Shown piece by piece: positions 18,040-26,000 of a stretch of 64,000 bases of DNA. The DNA is from an uncultured bacterium. GTDB taxonomy: Bacteria; Patescibacteriota; Minisyncoccia; UBA6257; 2-01-FULL-56-20. Every line of letters begins with the position of its first letter. The first letter of the stretch is position 1. The notes beneath the pieces are model-generated. The model did no database searches, was not told the origin of the DNA, and was given only the letters and a program-made list of their open reading frames with translations. The position numbers and the translations under genes were made by a program. The DNA lies in contig CAWJQC010000007.1 in NCBI GenBank assembly GCA_963844965.1, forward strand, positions 267,719 to 331,718. Direction: 5' to 3'.

Positions 18040-18654
18040 ATGCCCAAGCAGACATCGCCGGTAAAAATAAAAATCATTGTCGGCAGCACGCGCGAGGGCC
18101 GCTTCAGCGAGAAGCCGGCTCGTTGGATTTTTGAAGAAGCGAAAAAGAAAAACGATGTTGACGCCGAACTTCTGGACCTGCGCGACTACCCGATGCCTTT
18201 CTTTAACGATCCTGTGTCTCCCTCAATGAATAAGGGGAATTATTCAAATGAGGTCGTCGCCGCGTGGGCGAGGAAGATCGCCGAAGCGGACGCCTACATT
18301 ATCGTTACGCCTGAGTATAATCACGGCTACCCAGCCGTGCTCAAGAACGCCATGGATTTTGTGTATTATGAATGGAACAGGAAACCCATTGGTTTCGTGA
18401 GCTACGGCGGCGTCGGCGGAGCGCGTTCCGTGGAACAGCTCCGGCAAGTTGCGATTGAGCTCCAAATGGCGCCCGTGAGGAACGCCATCCATATTCCGTG
18501 GCAGGTTTATATGACGATTGTGAACGAGAAGGGGATGGTGAAACCGGAACTTTTTGAGCCGCTCAAAGATTCAAAAGACAACTTTCTGAATCAGCTTGTT
18601 TGGTGGGCCAAGGCGCTGAAAACAGCGCGTGAAGAAGACGGTAATAGGTTATAG
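18040..18654 (+). CDS. NAD(P)H-dependent FMN reductase family oxidoreductase (flavodoxin-like fold)
   Basis: KIKIIVGSTREGRFSEKPARW…ADAYIIVTPEYNHGYPAVLKNAMDF matches NADPH-dependent FMN reductase (SsuE/YieF/ArsH-like). Confidence 0.7.
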   Translation: MPKQTSPVKIKIIVGSTREGRFSEKPARWIFEEAKKKNDVDAELLDLRDYPMPFFNDPVSPSMNKGNYSNEVVAAWARKIAEADAYIIVTPEYNHGYPAVLKNAMDFVYYEWNRKPIGFVSYGGVGGARSVEQLRQVAIELQMAPVRNAIHIPWQVYMTIVNEKGMVKPELFEPLKDSKDNFLNQLVWWAKALKTAREEDGNRL

Positions 18655-19608
18655 ATCGCGGCCGTAACCGCGCACCATCCCGCCTCTGGTTTCCTGCCGA
18701 TATGCTCCTAGATGTGAGCCGCGCCCGGGCAGGAAATTGAATGTTCCTGAAGCCGAACCGCGCGTGTGGCGGCTATAGCCGCTGATGCCGACGCCGATTC
18801 TCCAGCTCCTTCCTCTCGTGACAAAATATCTGCTGGTTCCGGACGGAGCCGCGGCCACGCTCGTGCGCGTGACGGTGAAGCTCTCGCCGTCGCCTCCCAA
18901 GGACGATGGCGAAGCCAATATCTGTCCGTTTCCGTTCGTCATTGAAAGTGGCTGTGCTCCGGAGCCCGCGATTGTTACCGTGTTTCCGTTCATGACGGCG
19001 GTGCCGCCCGCGAACGAAACCGAGCCGAAGTTATCCAGGGGAACGAGACCGCTGGCGCTACTCGGCATTTCTTCTATCCACTCGGCGGAAGAATGCGAAG
19101 ACGCGTACTCAACGGAAGTTTGATAGGTTTGGTTGGTCGTGTTGTCCTTGAAAGAAATTTGCCAGTTATTGGAAGATACCTCGGTTAAAGAAACGGTAAC
19201 GGAGTCCCCGGCGGAAATTGTCAAAGGAATTTGCGCCGTTGCCTGCGGCAATATTTCGTACCATGCTTCATAGGTAACGCCGCCAGAGCCGTTCGTTACC
19301 GCTTGTGTCCCAACCTGTATCAGGTCGCTTTTCGTGACCCCGCCTATCCCGACCCAGGTGACGTCGGCCTCAGTAGAACTTGCGGCGGCGACGGTTGGAA
19401 CTATCCACGTGCTGCCGACCGAAGTGAAGGTTCCCTCGTCGGCAACGTAGCCGGCCCAGTTGAGCGAGGTGTTCGCGCCGGACGGCGAATTGACCGCCGG
19501 ATTGCCGATGGAATTCACCGCCACGGAACGATGTGCCGGAGAAAAGAACGAGAACGGAAGAGAAATTGTGAAAACGCCGATAGCGAATAGCTTTTTTAAT
19601 TGCAACAT
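18649..19608 (-). CDS. secreted peptidase G1 (eqolisin / scytalidoglutamic peptidase, Peptidase_A4) family protein with Arg/Gly-rich C-terminal tail
   Basis: Signal peptide. NWAGYV…STWIVP…WVGIGG…LIQVG…YEAWYE is the G1/A4 family motif block. The C-terminal ~60 aa is RG-rich low complexity. Confidence 0.55.
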   Translation of the reverse strand: MLQLKKLFAIGVFTISLPFSFFSPAHRSVAVNSIGNPAVNSPSGANTSLNWAGYVADEGTFTSVGSTWIVPTVAAASSTEADVTWVGIGGVTKSDLIQVGTQAVTNGSGGVTYEAWYEILPQATAQIPLTISAGDSVTVSLTEVSSNNWQISFKDNTTNQTYQTSVEYASSHSSAEWIEEMPSSASGLVPLDNFGSVSFAGGTAVMNGNTVTIAGSGAQPLSMTNGNGQILASPSSLGGDGESFTVTRTSVAAAPSGTSRYFVTRGRSWRIGVGISGYSRHTRGSASGTFNFLPGRGSHLGAYRQETRGGMVRGYGRDL

Positions 19609-19852
19609 TTTGGTTTATAATTACTGTTAATAATATGTGGAATAGTCGGCTTTCGTTACTCGCGCGCCGGTTTACCCAAAGTGAACGAACCGGCTTTGCG
19701 CTACCTGAACTACGATGCACCGGCCGATTATGGTGCGTTTTTGACGAAAAGGCGGAGATGCACCAAAAGATCTCATGAAATCGTATCAATATTGTATGCG
19801 CAAAGCGCCAACAACGTTGTAAAGGTCGCTTGTTTATTAATTCATAAAAACA

Positions 19853-20209
19853 GTGTTCAATAAAATGGAGGAGCAAAAACCGCAGGGACATCCGGAAGGA
19901 TGCCGTTGTTTTCAGTGTAGGTGTGGAACCGATTGCAAGTGCGGTCACGGTTGGCATGGTCACAGACACTTCCTGCTCAGGTTCCTTGTCGGCATCATCA
20001 TTCTCGTCATCGTTTTCGCGGTTGGTGTGAAGCTAGGCGAACTTAAAAGCAGTTTCGGCCACGGACACTATAGTGGCGGAAGGCACTACATGATGCAGCC
20101 GTATGGCACGATGCCGCAGTTTTACTATTATGGGGGATACGGGCAAGCCTATCCGCCGATGATGCAGCGTGGAGTTGGTACGAGCACGAGTCCCGTTGCA
20201 CCGAAATAG
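19853..20209 (+). CDS. small Cys/His-rich membrane protein (putative metal-binding)
   Basis: 118 aa: CRCFQCRCGTDCKCGHGWHGHRH, one TM helix, then a GHGHYSGGRHY and Tyr/Gly/Met-rich tail. Confidence 0.35.
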   Translation: MFNKMEEQKPQGHPEGCRCFQCRCGTDCKCGHGWHGHRHFLLRFLVGIIILVIVFAVGVKLGELKSSFGHGHYSGGRHYMMQPYGTMPQFYYYGGYGQAYPPMMQRGVGTSTSPVAPK

Positions 20210-20273
20210 CAATAGCGGCACCGCTGATCTGTTTTAACTGTAAAAAAGTCGGCACTTTTAAAGCGCCGGCTTT

Positions 20274-20810
20274 TTGGTTAGGATTTTAGTTGTCATGCAG
20301 ATGGTCGGATTTTTCCTCATATATTTAGTAGGTGCGGTTATCCTTTACCTGCTTCTTCGGCCGGTGACTCGCGGCGCGCCGTATTTTACGACGAAGCCGG
20401 GGAGCGTGGACGCCATACTGCGCCTCGCTCACGCGGGACCGCACAATAAGGTCGCCGATCTCGGTTCCGGCGACGGGCGCATATTGATCGCCTTTGCGGA
20501 GCGGGGAGTTGAGTCGCACGGTTTTGAGATCAACCCGCTTCTCGTTTGGCTCTCGCGCCGCAGGATAAGCAGAGCCGGTCTCGCGGGGAAAGCCTTCGTC
20601 CACTGGGAAAGTTTTTGGAAAGCGGATTTAAGCGGGTTTGACATTGTCGTCGTTTACGGCATCACGCATATCATGAAAAAACTGGAGGAAAAATTAGAGA
20701 AGGAACTCAAGCCGGGCGCAGAAAGTAATTTCCAACATTTACCGATTCCCCGGGTTGAGGTGCGTTGCGGAAGAGGGAAGGGTGTATTTATATCAGAAAT
20801 AGCCGGCTAC
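20274..20810 (+). CDS. class I SAM-dependent methyltransferase with N-terminal TM helix (frameshift near 20720; true C-terminus ...VYLYQK in another frame)
   Basis: VADLGSGDGRILIAFAERGVESHGFEINP (motif I), DIVVVYG. After ~20720 the alternative frame gives …RFPGLRCVAEEGRVYLYQK*, the expected family C-terminus. Confidence 0.55.
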
Positions 20811-20844
20811 CATTTTTATTTACAAATCCATTATAATTTTACAT

Positions 20845-21888
20845 ATGAAGCACCTCATTTCGCTTAAAGAGCAGTCGCGCGAGGATATTCTTCAGATTTT
20901 GGAACTGGCGCGGAAGCTCAAGGAAAAGCGCGCGAAAGGCGAACTTACCGAATATCTCAAGGACAAGACGCTCATAATGCTTTTCCAAAAGACGTCCACG
21001 CGGACGAGGCTTTCGTTCGAGGCGGCGATGACGGAACTCGGCGGGCATGCCATATTTCTGGACGCGCGGACTTCCCAGCTTGGCCTTGCCGACTTCGGCG
21101 ACGAAATTCGCGCCATCATGCGTTTCGGGCAGGTTCTCATGTTCCGCGCGCTCAAAGTCGCGGACGTGCTCACAGCCGCTTCATTCAATCAGATTCCGGT
21201 GATTGACGCCTGCAGCGAAAAATATCATCCGGCACAATCGCTCGGCGATATGCTAACGATGATTGAACACAGCTCCCCGCGTCATCCTGAGCGCAGCGAA
21301 GGATCTCCATGCTCCCCAGCGGAATTTGCCGAGGGATTAAAAAATATCAAAAAAGTCGTCTGGCTCGGAATTGAAAATAATGTTTCAAATACCCTGAAGC
21401 TTGTTTGCGTGAAGCTTGGCGTCAGGTTTGTGATCGCCGCGCCGGAAGTGGACGCGGCGAGCGTTGATGAGGAGTTGAACAGAATGGCCGAGGCCACCGG
21501 ACTTATTTCACGGACGCTGAATCTGAAAGAAGCTCTCGCCGGAGCGGATTATGTTCACACCGATACCTGGCTCAACATGGAGTTTTTCGACACGACGGTG
21601 TCGACCCTGAGCGAAGTCGAACGGGTTCATGGAAGCCGCGTGAAGCCGCAATTCGCGGAAGAATTGGAACGCAGGAAGAAAATTTTCATGCCTTACCAGC
21701 TGAATGCCAAGCTGATTGATACCTATGCCCCGAAGGCGAAGATAATGCATTGTCTTCCCGCGCACGTCGGCTATGAAATTTCCCGCGATGCCATTGACCA
21801 CAAGAATTCCGTTATTTTTGACCAAGCCGAGAACCGCCTGCACATCCAAAAAGCCGTAATTATGTGGCTCTTGGGGAAGGGGACATAG
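20845..21888 (+). CDS. argF: ornithine carbamoyltransferase with an in-frame ~20-aa repeat-element-derived insertion
   Basis: STRTRLSFE carbamoyl-phosphate motif, HCLPAHVG, and a C-terminus similar to OTCases. Insertion SSPRHPERSEGSPCSPAEFAEG is encoded by the palindromic repeat unit at 21281-21307. Confidence 0.8.
   Translation: MKHLISLKEQSREDILQILELARKLKEKRAKGELTEYLKDKTLIMLFQKTSTRTRLSFEAAMTELGGHAIFLDARTSQLGLADFGDEIRAIMRFGQVLMFRALKVADVLTAASFNQIPVIDACSEKYHPAQSLGDMLTMIEHSSPRHPERSEGSPCSPAEFAEGLKNIKKVVWLGIENNVSNTLKLVCVKLGVRFVIAAPEVDAASVDEELNRMAEATGLISRTLNLKEALAGADYVHTDTWLNMEFFDTTVSTLSEVERVHGSRVKPQFAEELERRKKIFMPYQLNAKLIDTYAPKAKIMHCLPAHVGYEISRDAIDHKNSVIFDQAENRLHIQKAVIMWLLGKGT
21281..21307. repeat. 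palindromic repeat unit GTCATCCTGAGCGCAGCGAAGGATCTC (single arm, in-frame inside argF)
   Basis: Near-identical to both arms of the inverted pair at 59294..59365. It encodes ...RHPERSEGS... in the argF frame. Confidence 0.6.
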
Positions 21889-22015
21889 TTTGCTATTTTG
21901 TCTGAAAAATAGGCCCTGACTCAAAGTCGAGGTTTTTATTTGTTGTCGGCGGGACATTTTGGATTTTTCCAGTAGTAAATGCTAAACTAAATCTACAACT
22001 TAATATGCCTAAACC

Positions 22016-22129
22016 GCCGAAATTTCGGTAACATGGCGTAAAAATCCCATCCCTGATACTAAGCTCCTCGCTTAGCTACTCAGGGATGGGTCGCGTCTCG
22101 AAAGAGGCGTGGGTAACCGAAAGGTTGCC
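22016..22129 (+). promoter_or_regulatory. highly structured palindromic leader upstream of the MTase-nuclease gene (nested perfect hairpins, GNRA-type loops, repeated CCCATCCCTG motif)
   Basis: ccgaaatttcgg; cccatccctga[tactaagctcctcgcttagcta]tcagggatggg (11-bp perfect stem with inner stem); gcgtctcgaaagaggcg; ggtaaccgaaaggttgcc. CCCATCCCTG recurs at 22176, 4 nt before the ATG. Confidence 0.35.
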
Positions 22130-22188
22130 ATGCTAGCGGGGAGCTTCGTGTTTTCCGTTAGCGGCATAGATTAAAACCCATCCCTGCT

Positions 22189-23787
22189 ATGCCCAACAAG
22201 CTTTACTTCGGAGATAATCTTGATATCCTCCGCGACAAAATCGCCGACAATTCGGTTGATTTGATTTACCTTGACCCACCGTTCAACTCCAATCGCAACT
22301 ACAACGTACTTTTTAAAGAGGGATTGCAGGATAGTCCAGCACAAGTTCAAGCATTTGAGGATAGCTGGCACTGGACGCGCGAAGCGCAGGCGACTTTTGA
22401 GGAACTAATGGGTGTGCGGCCATCAAAGACAAAAATCAACGCCGACATCGTTAATTTAGCGCAGGCGTTAGAGAAGCTAGTCGGCCATAACGATATGCTG
22501 GCTTATCTCACAATGATGACGATTCGCTTAATCGAACTAAGGCGTGTTCTGAAGCCAACCGGAAGTATTTACCTTCATTGCGACCCAACCGCCAGCCATT
22601 ATTTGAAAGTTGTGTTGGACACCGTTTTTGGGAAACAAAATTTTTTGAATGAAGTCATTTGGAGATACGAAGGACCTCAATCGCCAAGCTTAATTAAATT
22701 TGCGACGAAGCACGATATCGTTCTTCGTTATGCGAGTGATATAAAATCTTGCAAAGCCGTCGAATTATATTATTTTGAAAAGATATCAGTTGAAGATGCA
22801 AATTTTAAGCAGGATGAGAATGGGCGTTATTTCTATACTCTACCCAAAGGAGACTATACCGAAGAAAGCATAAAAAGATTAGAACAAGAAGGTCGTATAT
22901 TCAGGACCTCTAAGGGAACAGTGCGTATAAAGTATTTTGTAGAAAAAACTTCGGATGGGAACTTTTTGCGTAAAAAGAAAATACCAGACGTTTGGGACGA
23001 CATACCTTCGCTTGGGCTTACTGCCCAATCGAAAGAAGTTCTTGGTTATCCGACCCAAAAACCCGAAGCACTTTTGGAAAGAATAATCAGAGCATCTTCA
23101 AAAGAAGGCGACTTAGTTCTTGACCCATTCTGCGGTTGTGGCACGACGGTCTCCGTCGCTGAGCGGCTAAAAAGGAATTGGGTTGGTATTGATATTACGA
23201 TGCTTGCTATTAATTTGATTCGCCATCGCCTCGCGAAACAATATCCGAACATAGAAATTTTAGTGGATGGCAGGCCAAAAGATATTCCCGCAGCCGGGGC
23301 GCTTTTCAAAAAAGACCCGTTTGAATTTGAATACTGGGCACTGGATTTAGTTGACGCTGTTCCTGCTCAAAGCAAAACCAAAGAAAATATGCGTGGCGCA
23401 GACAAGGGGATTGACGGCGTGATTAACTTTGTCAGAGACATAAAAAATGGCGAGCAAGTTTACGGTAAGTTGGTTGTTCAGGTGAAGGGTGGTGCGGTTC
23501 ACCGCGACCAAATTGCTACGCTTAAGGGTGATATAGAGCGTGAGCGGGCCGACGGCGGAATTTTTGTGACGCTCGAGAAGCCAACCCAGCCAATGAAAGA
23601 AGAGGCAGTAAGCACCGGAAGTTATAAGGTGGGTTTTGGCAAAGGAGAATACCCGAAAATTCAGATAGTAACCATAGAGGATTTATTAGATAATAAGAAG
23701 CCTGAAGTTCCTATTGCCGCCCTGCCTTATTATAAAGAGGCCAAAGTTGCTAAATCCGAAAACAGGTCAAAAAAATTAGGAATATAG
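22189..23787 (+). CDS. DNA methyltransferase (N6A/N4C, beta-class) fused to a C-terminal Mrr-type restriction endonuclease catalytic domain
   Basis: DLIYLDPPFNSNRNYN (motif IV), then LVLDPFCGCGTTVSVAERL…WVGIDI (motif I). The C-terminal ~180 aa (GADKGIDGVINF…GKLVVQVKGG…ADGGIFVTLEKPTQPMKEEA) matches the Mrr_cat PD-(D/E)xK block. Confidence 0.75.
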   Translation: MPNKLYFGDNLDILRDKIADNSVDLIYLDPPFNSNRNYNVLFKEGLQDSPAQVQAFEDSWHWTREAQATFEELMGVRPSKTKINADIVNLAQALEKLVGHNDMLAYLTMMTIRLIELRRVLKPTGSIYLHCDPTASHYLKVVLDTVFGKQNFLNEVIWRYEGPQSPSLIKFATKHDIVLRYASDIKSCKAVELYYFEKISVEDANFKQDENGRYFYTLPKGDYTEESIKRLEQEGRIFRTSKGTVRIKYFVEKTSDGNFLRKKKIPDVWDDIPSLGLTAQSKEVLGYPTQKPEALLERIIRASSKEGDLVLDPFCGCGTTVSVAERLKRNWVGIDITMLAINLIRHRLAKQYPNIEILVDGRPKDIPAAGALFKKDPFEFEYWALDLVDAVPAQSKTKENMRGADKGIDGVINFVRDIKNGEQVYGKLVVQVKGGAVHRDQIATLKGDIERERADGGIFVTLEKPTQPMKEEAVSTGSYKVGFGKGEYPKIQIVTIEDLLDNKKPEVPIAALPYYKEAKVAKSENRSKKLGI

Positions 23788-23889
23788 GCGGTACTTGACA
23801 CCGTTATCCACTCGTATATACTTAAACTATTCCAAAGACCGCAGGGCATCCGCCGATGAGGCGGCATAGGACCCGCGATAGGAATCGTT

Positions 23890-23971
23890 GGAGTAATCGC
23901 TAATAATGCGAATATCGGCAAATAATGCAAATAAAATTCGCATTATTTGAAAAAGATTAGCATTATTCGCG
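23890..23971. repeat. ~85-bp repeat family copy 1 (arrays of GCGAATAATGC-like sub-repeats in direct and inverted orientation), within the rplJ leader
   Basis: ~85% identical to 28967..29048. Internal inverted repeats aataaaattcgcattatt / attagcattattcgcg. Confidence 0.6.
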
Positions 23972-24018
23972 GACACTCCTCGATGGCGGCCTTTGGAGAA
24001 AAGGTCGTTTTTTATTCC

Positions 24019-24102
24019 TTACGAAAATACGAAAACATACGAAATTACGAAAAAGAGGTTTGAGCCCTTTCGTACGTTCGTACAATTTCGTACTTTCGTA
24101 AG
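24019..24102 (+). promoter_or_regulatory. rplJ leader: inverted array of heptamer repeats (4x TACGAAA ... 4x TTTCGTA) forming a long imperfect hairpin
   Basis: cttacgaaaatacgaaaacatacgaaattacgaaaaag…ctttcgtacgttcgtacaatttcgtactttcgtaag, ending 9 nt before the rplJ ATG. Preceded at ~23806 by TTGACA-N16-TATACT. Confidence 0.5.
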
Positions 24103-24110
24103 AGTTAGCG

Positions 24111-24635
24111 ATGAAATCGCGAACGCAAAAACAGGAAGAGTTAAAAAGGGGGAAAGAGCTTTTAGACAAGTCGCAAGTTTTGGTTTTCACGGACTTCACC
24201 AAAGTCAAAGCCGAGGACTTGCGGCGGATGCGGCGCGAACTCAATAAGGTGGGAGCGAATTTTCTTGTCATCAAGAAGCGGCTCTTGGCGCTGCTTCTCA
24301 AGGAGCGGAAGGTGGACTTTGACACGAAGCAGTTCAAGTTGTCCATCGGCACAATTTTTTCGGAAGGGGACATGGAAAAAATCAGCGGGCCGGTCTATAA
24401 GTTCTTCTCGGCATTGGAAATTTCCGAGGGCAAGGAGAAAGACATGTGGATAAAGCATATTCTCGGCGGTTATGATCTCAAGAATAAAAACTTGATAGAC
24501 GCGCTGGAGGTCGTTACCATCGGCAAACTGCCGCCGCGCGAAGTGCTTCTCGGCCAGCTGTTGGGCACGCTCGTCGCGCCGCTAAGGTCGTTCATGTATA
24601 TCTTGAGCGAGAAATCCAAAGTAGCGGCAAAATAA
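24111..24635 (+). CDS. rplJ: 50S ribosomal protein L10
   Basis: 174 aa with a typical L10 N-terminus (…KQEELKRGKELLDKSQVLVFTDFTKVKAEDLRRMRREL…) directly upstream of rplL. Confidence 0.85.
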   Translation: MKSRTQKQEELKRGKELLDKSQVLVFTDFTKVKAEDLRRMRRELNKVGANFLVIKKRLLALLLKERKVDFDTKQFKLSIGTIFSEGDMEKISGPVYKFFSALEISEGKEKDMWIKHILGGYDLKNKNLIDALEVVTIGKLPPREVLLGQLLGTLVAPLRSFMYILSEKSKVAAK

Positions 24636-24712
24636 TAAGTCTCCAGATGTGAGAAGCTGCATAGCCCCGTTTGGTGTGGGGGAAAGGTCGTAAGAATCAA
24701 AGACAACATAAC

Positions 24713-25075
24713 ATGGCAAAATTTGACGAATTAATATCTAAAATAGAAAAATTAACCGTGAGCGAGCTCGCGGAACTGGTGAAAGAACTTGAAACAAAGT
24801 TTGGCATTACGGCCGCCGCTCCGGTCGCGGCTGGCGGAGCAGCGGCCGCTCCCGCGGAAGAGAAAACGAGTTTCAGCGTTCTTCTCAAAGCCGCCGGAGC
24901 GCAGAAGCTCAACGTCATCAAAGCGGTCCGCGAAGTGACAACGCTTGGCCTTAAGGAAGCGAAAGATTTGGTTGAAGGCGCGCCGAAAATGGTGAAAGAG
25001 AACGTCAAGAAAGAGGAAGCGGACGAAGCAAAAAAGAAACTGGAAGCCGCAGGCGCAACCGTGGAGATTCAATAG
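24713..25075 (+). CDS. rplL: 50S ribosomal protein L7/L12
   Basis: [31 protein letters not shown]…Ala-rich hinge…[23 protein letters not shown]…GATVEIQ, the canonical L7/L12. The ORF track starts at 24671; the internal Met at 24713 is the conserved start. Confidence 0.9.
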   Translation: MAKFDELISKIEKLTVSELAELVKELETKFGITAAAPVAAGGAAAAPAEEKTSFSVLLKAAGAQKLNVIKAVREVTTLGLKEAKDLVEGAPKMVKENVKKEEADEAKKKLEAAGATVEIQ

Positions 25076-25128
25076 AAGGTGGAAGTCACAGACACAATTT
25101 TGGGATTCAATGGAGATAGACCCCGACC

Positions 25129-25680
25129 TTGCGTCGGGGTCTAAGGTTTTTGAGAAACCTTGCCAGCCGACATTTTATCTGCTACCCTGGTTTTAGTTCT
25201 TCTTTGGCACGTATATTCGGTCGGAGGTATAGCATGAAAGGACCATATTCGCCGGTTGACAGAGCGTCTGTCGTTTCTTTGTTGATATTGAATAATATCT
25301 ACCGCAATCAATGCGAGGAGAACACGATACGAAAAATTTCCGGTATTTTGCACGATCTTCGAGAGAAGGGTGTGCACATTACAGACCTGGGGCTTGATAG
25401 AAGGATTGGGGGTGACTATTACTCCGAATTTGTGGATTCTACTGTTTACCTCCTCAATTGGAAGCGTTCCACGACGAGCGTGAGCGGTTTCAACCTGAAC
25501 CAGGAAGGAATTAAGTTCTGCGGCAGCAATGTGCTTGATGAATTGAATGGTCCGCACAAAGCAGAATTTCTGGAAATCGCGAGAATGCTCAAAATTGACA
25601 TGCCGGAGTTGCTCAAAAACTTGCGCAATTCAACGGCCGAGCAGGAGGAATTATTTCCCAAAAACGTGCCCCGAGGTTGA
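25129..25680 (+). CDS. hypothetical protein
   Basis: 183 aa ORF (probable start at the internal Met ~25234) with no recognisable motif. Confidence 0.3.
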   Translation: MRRGLRFLRNLASRHFICYPGFSSSLARIFGRRYSMKGPYSPVDRASVVSLLILNNIYRNQCEENTIRKISGILHDLREKGVHITDLGLDRRIGGDYYSEFVDSTVYLLNWKRSTTSVSGFNLNQEGIKFCGSNVLDELNGPHKAEFLEIARMLKIDMPELLKNLRNSTAEQEELFPKNVPRG

Positions 25681-25759
25681 ATCCGGGGCATTTTTGTTTT
25701 AGAATGTTCCCGTAGGCGCGTTTAGGGCCGATGTCGGCCAATAAATTAATAATAAACAA

Positions 25760-25831
25760 GGGCGTTTAGCTCAGTGGTAGAGCGTTCGCTTCACATGCGA
25801 AAGGCCGCTGGTCCGATCCCAGCAACGCCCA
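25760..25831 (+). tRNA. tRNA-Val (anticodon CAC)
   Basis: Cloverleaf: acceptor GGGCGTT/AACGCCC, D arm GCTC-AGTGGTA-GAGC, anticodon stem TTCGC/GCGAA with loop TTCACAT, T arm GCTGG-TCCGATC-CCAGC. CCA is not encoded. Confidence 0.8.
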
Positions 25832-26000
25832 CATTGGTTGAGCATCAAATTTTTTTATAATCGGTTTTTTTTTGGGTTCGTTACCGGAATTTTTAACCGA
25901 ATGGACGGTGGCCGGCTGAAATTTTCCGTTTCGGAAGTTTTCCGAGTTATGCACAGAATTCACTTTTTATTTTTGAAAATACTTTTATAATTATTTGTAA

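Noticed and set aside
25839-26000. Region after tRNA-Val as an integration site
   Set aside because: No integrase, repeats of the tRNA 3' end, or foreign-looking genes follow. The next gene is the PurD-like protein leading into the dcw cluster.
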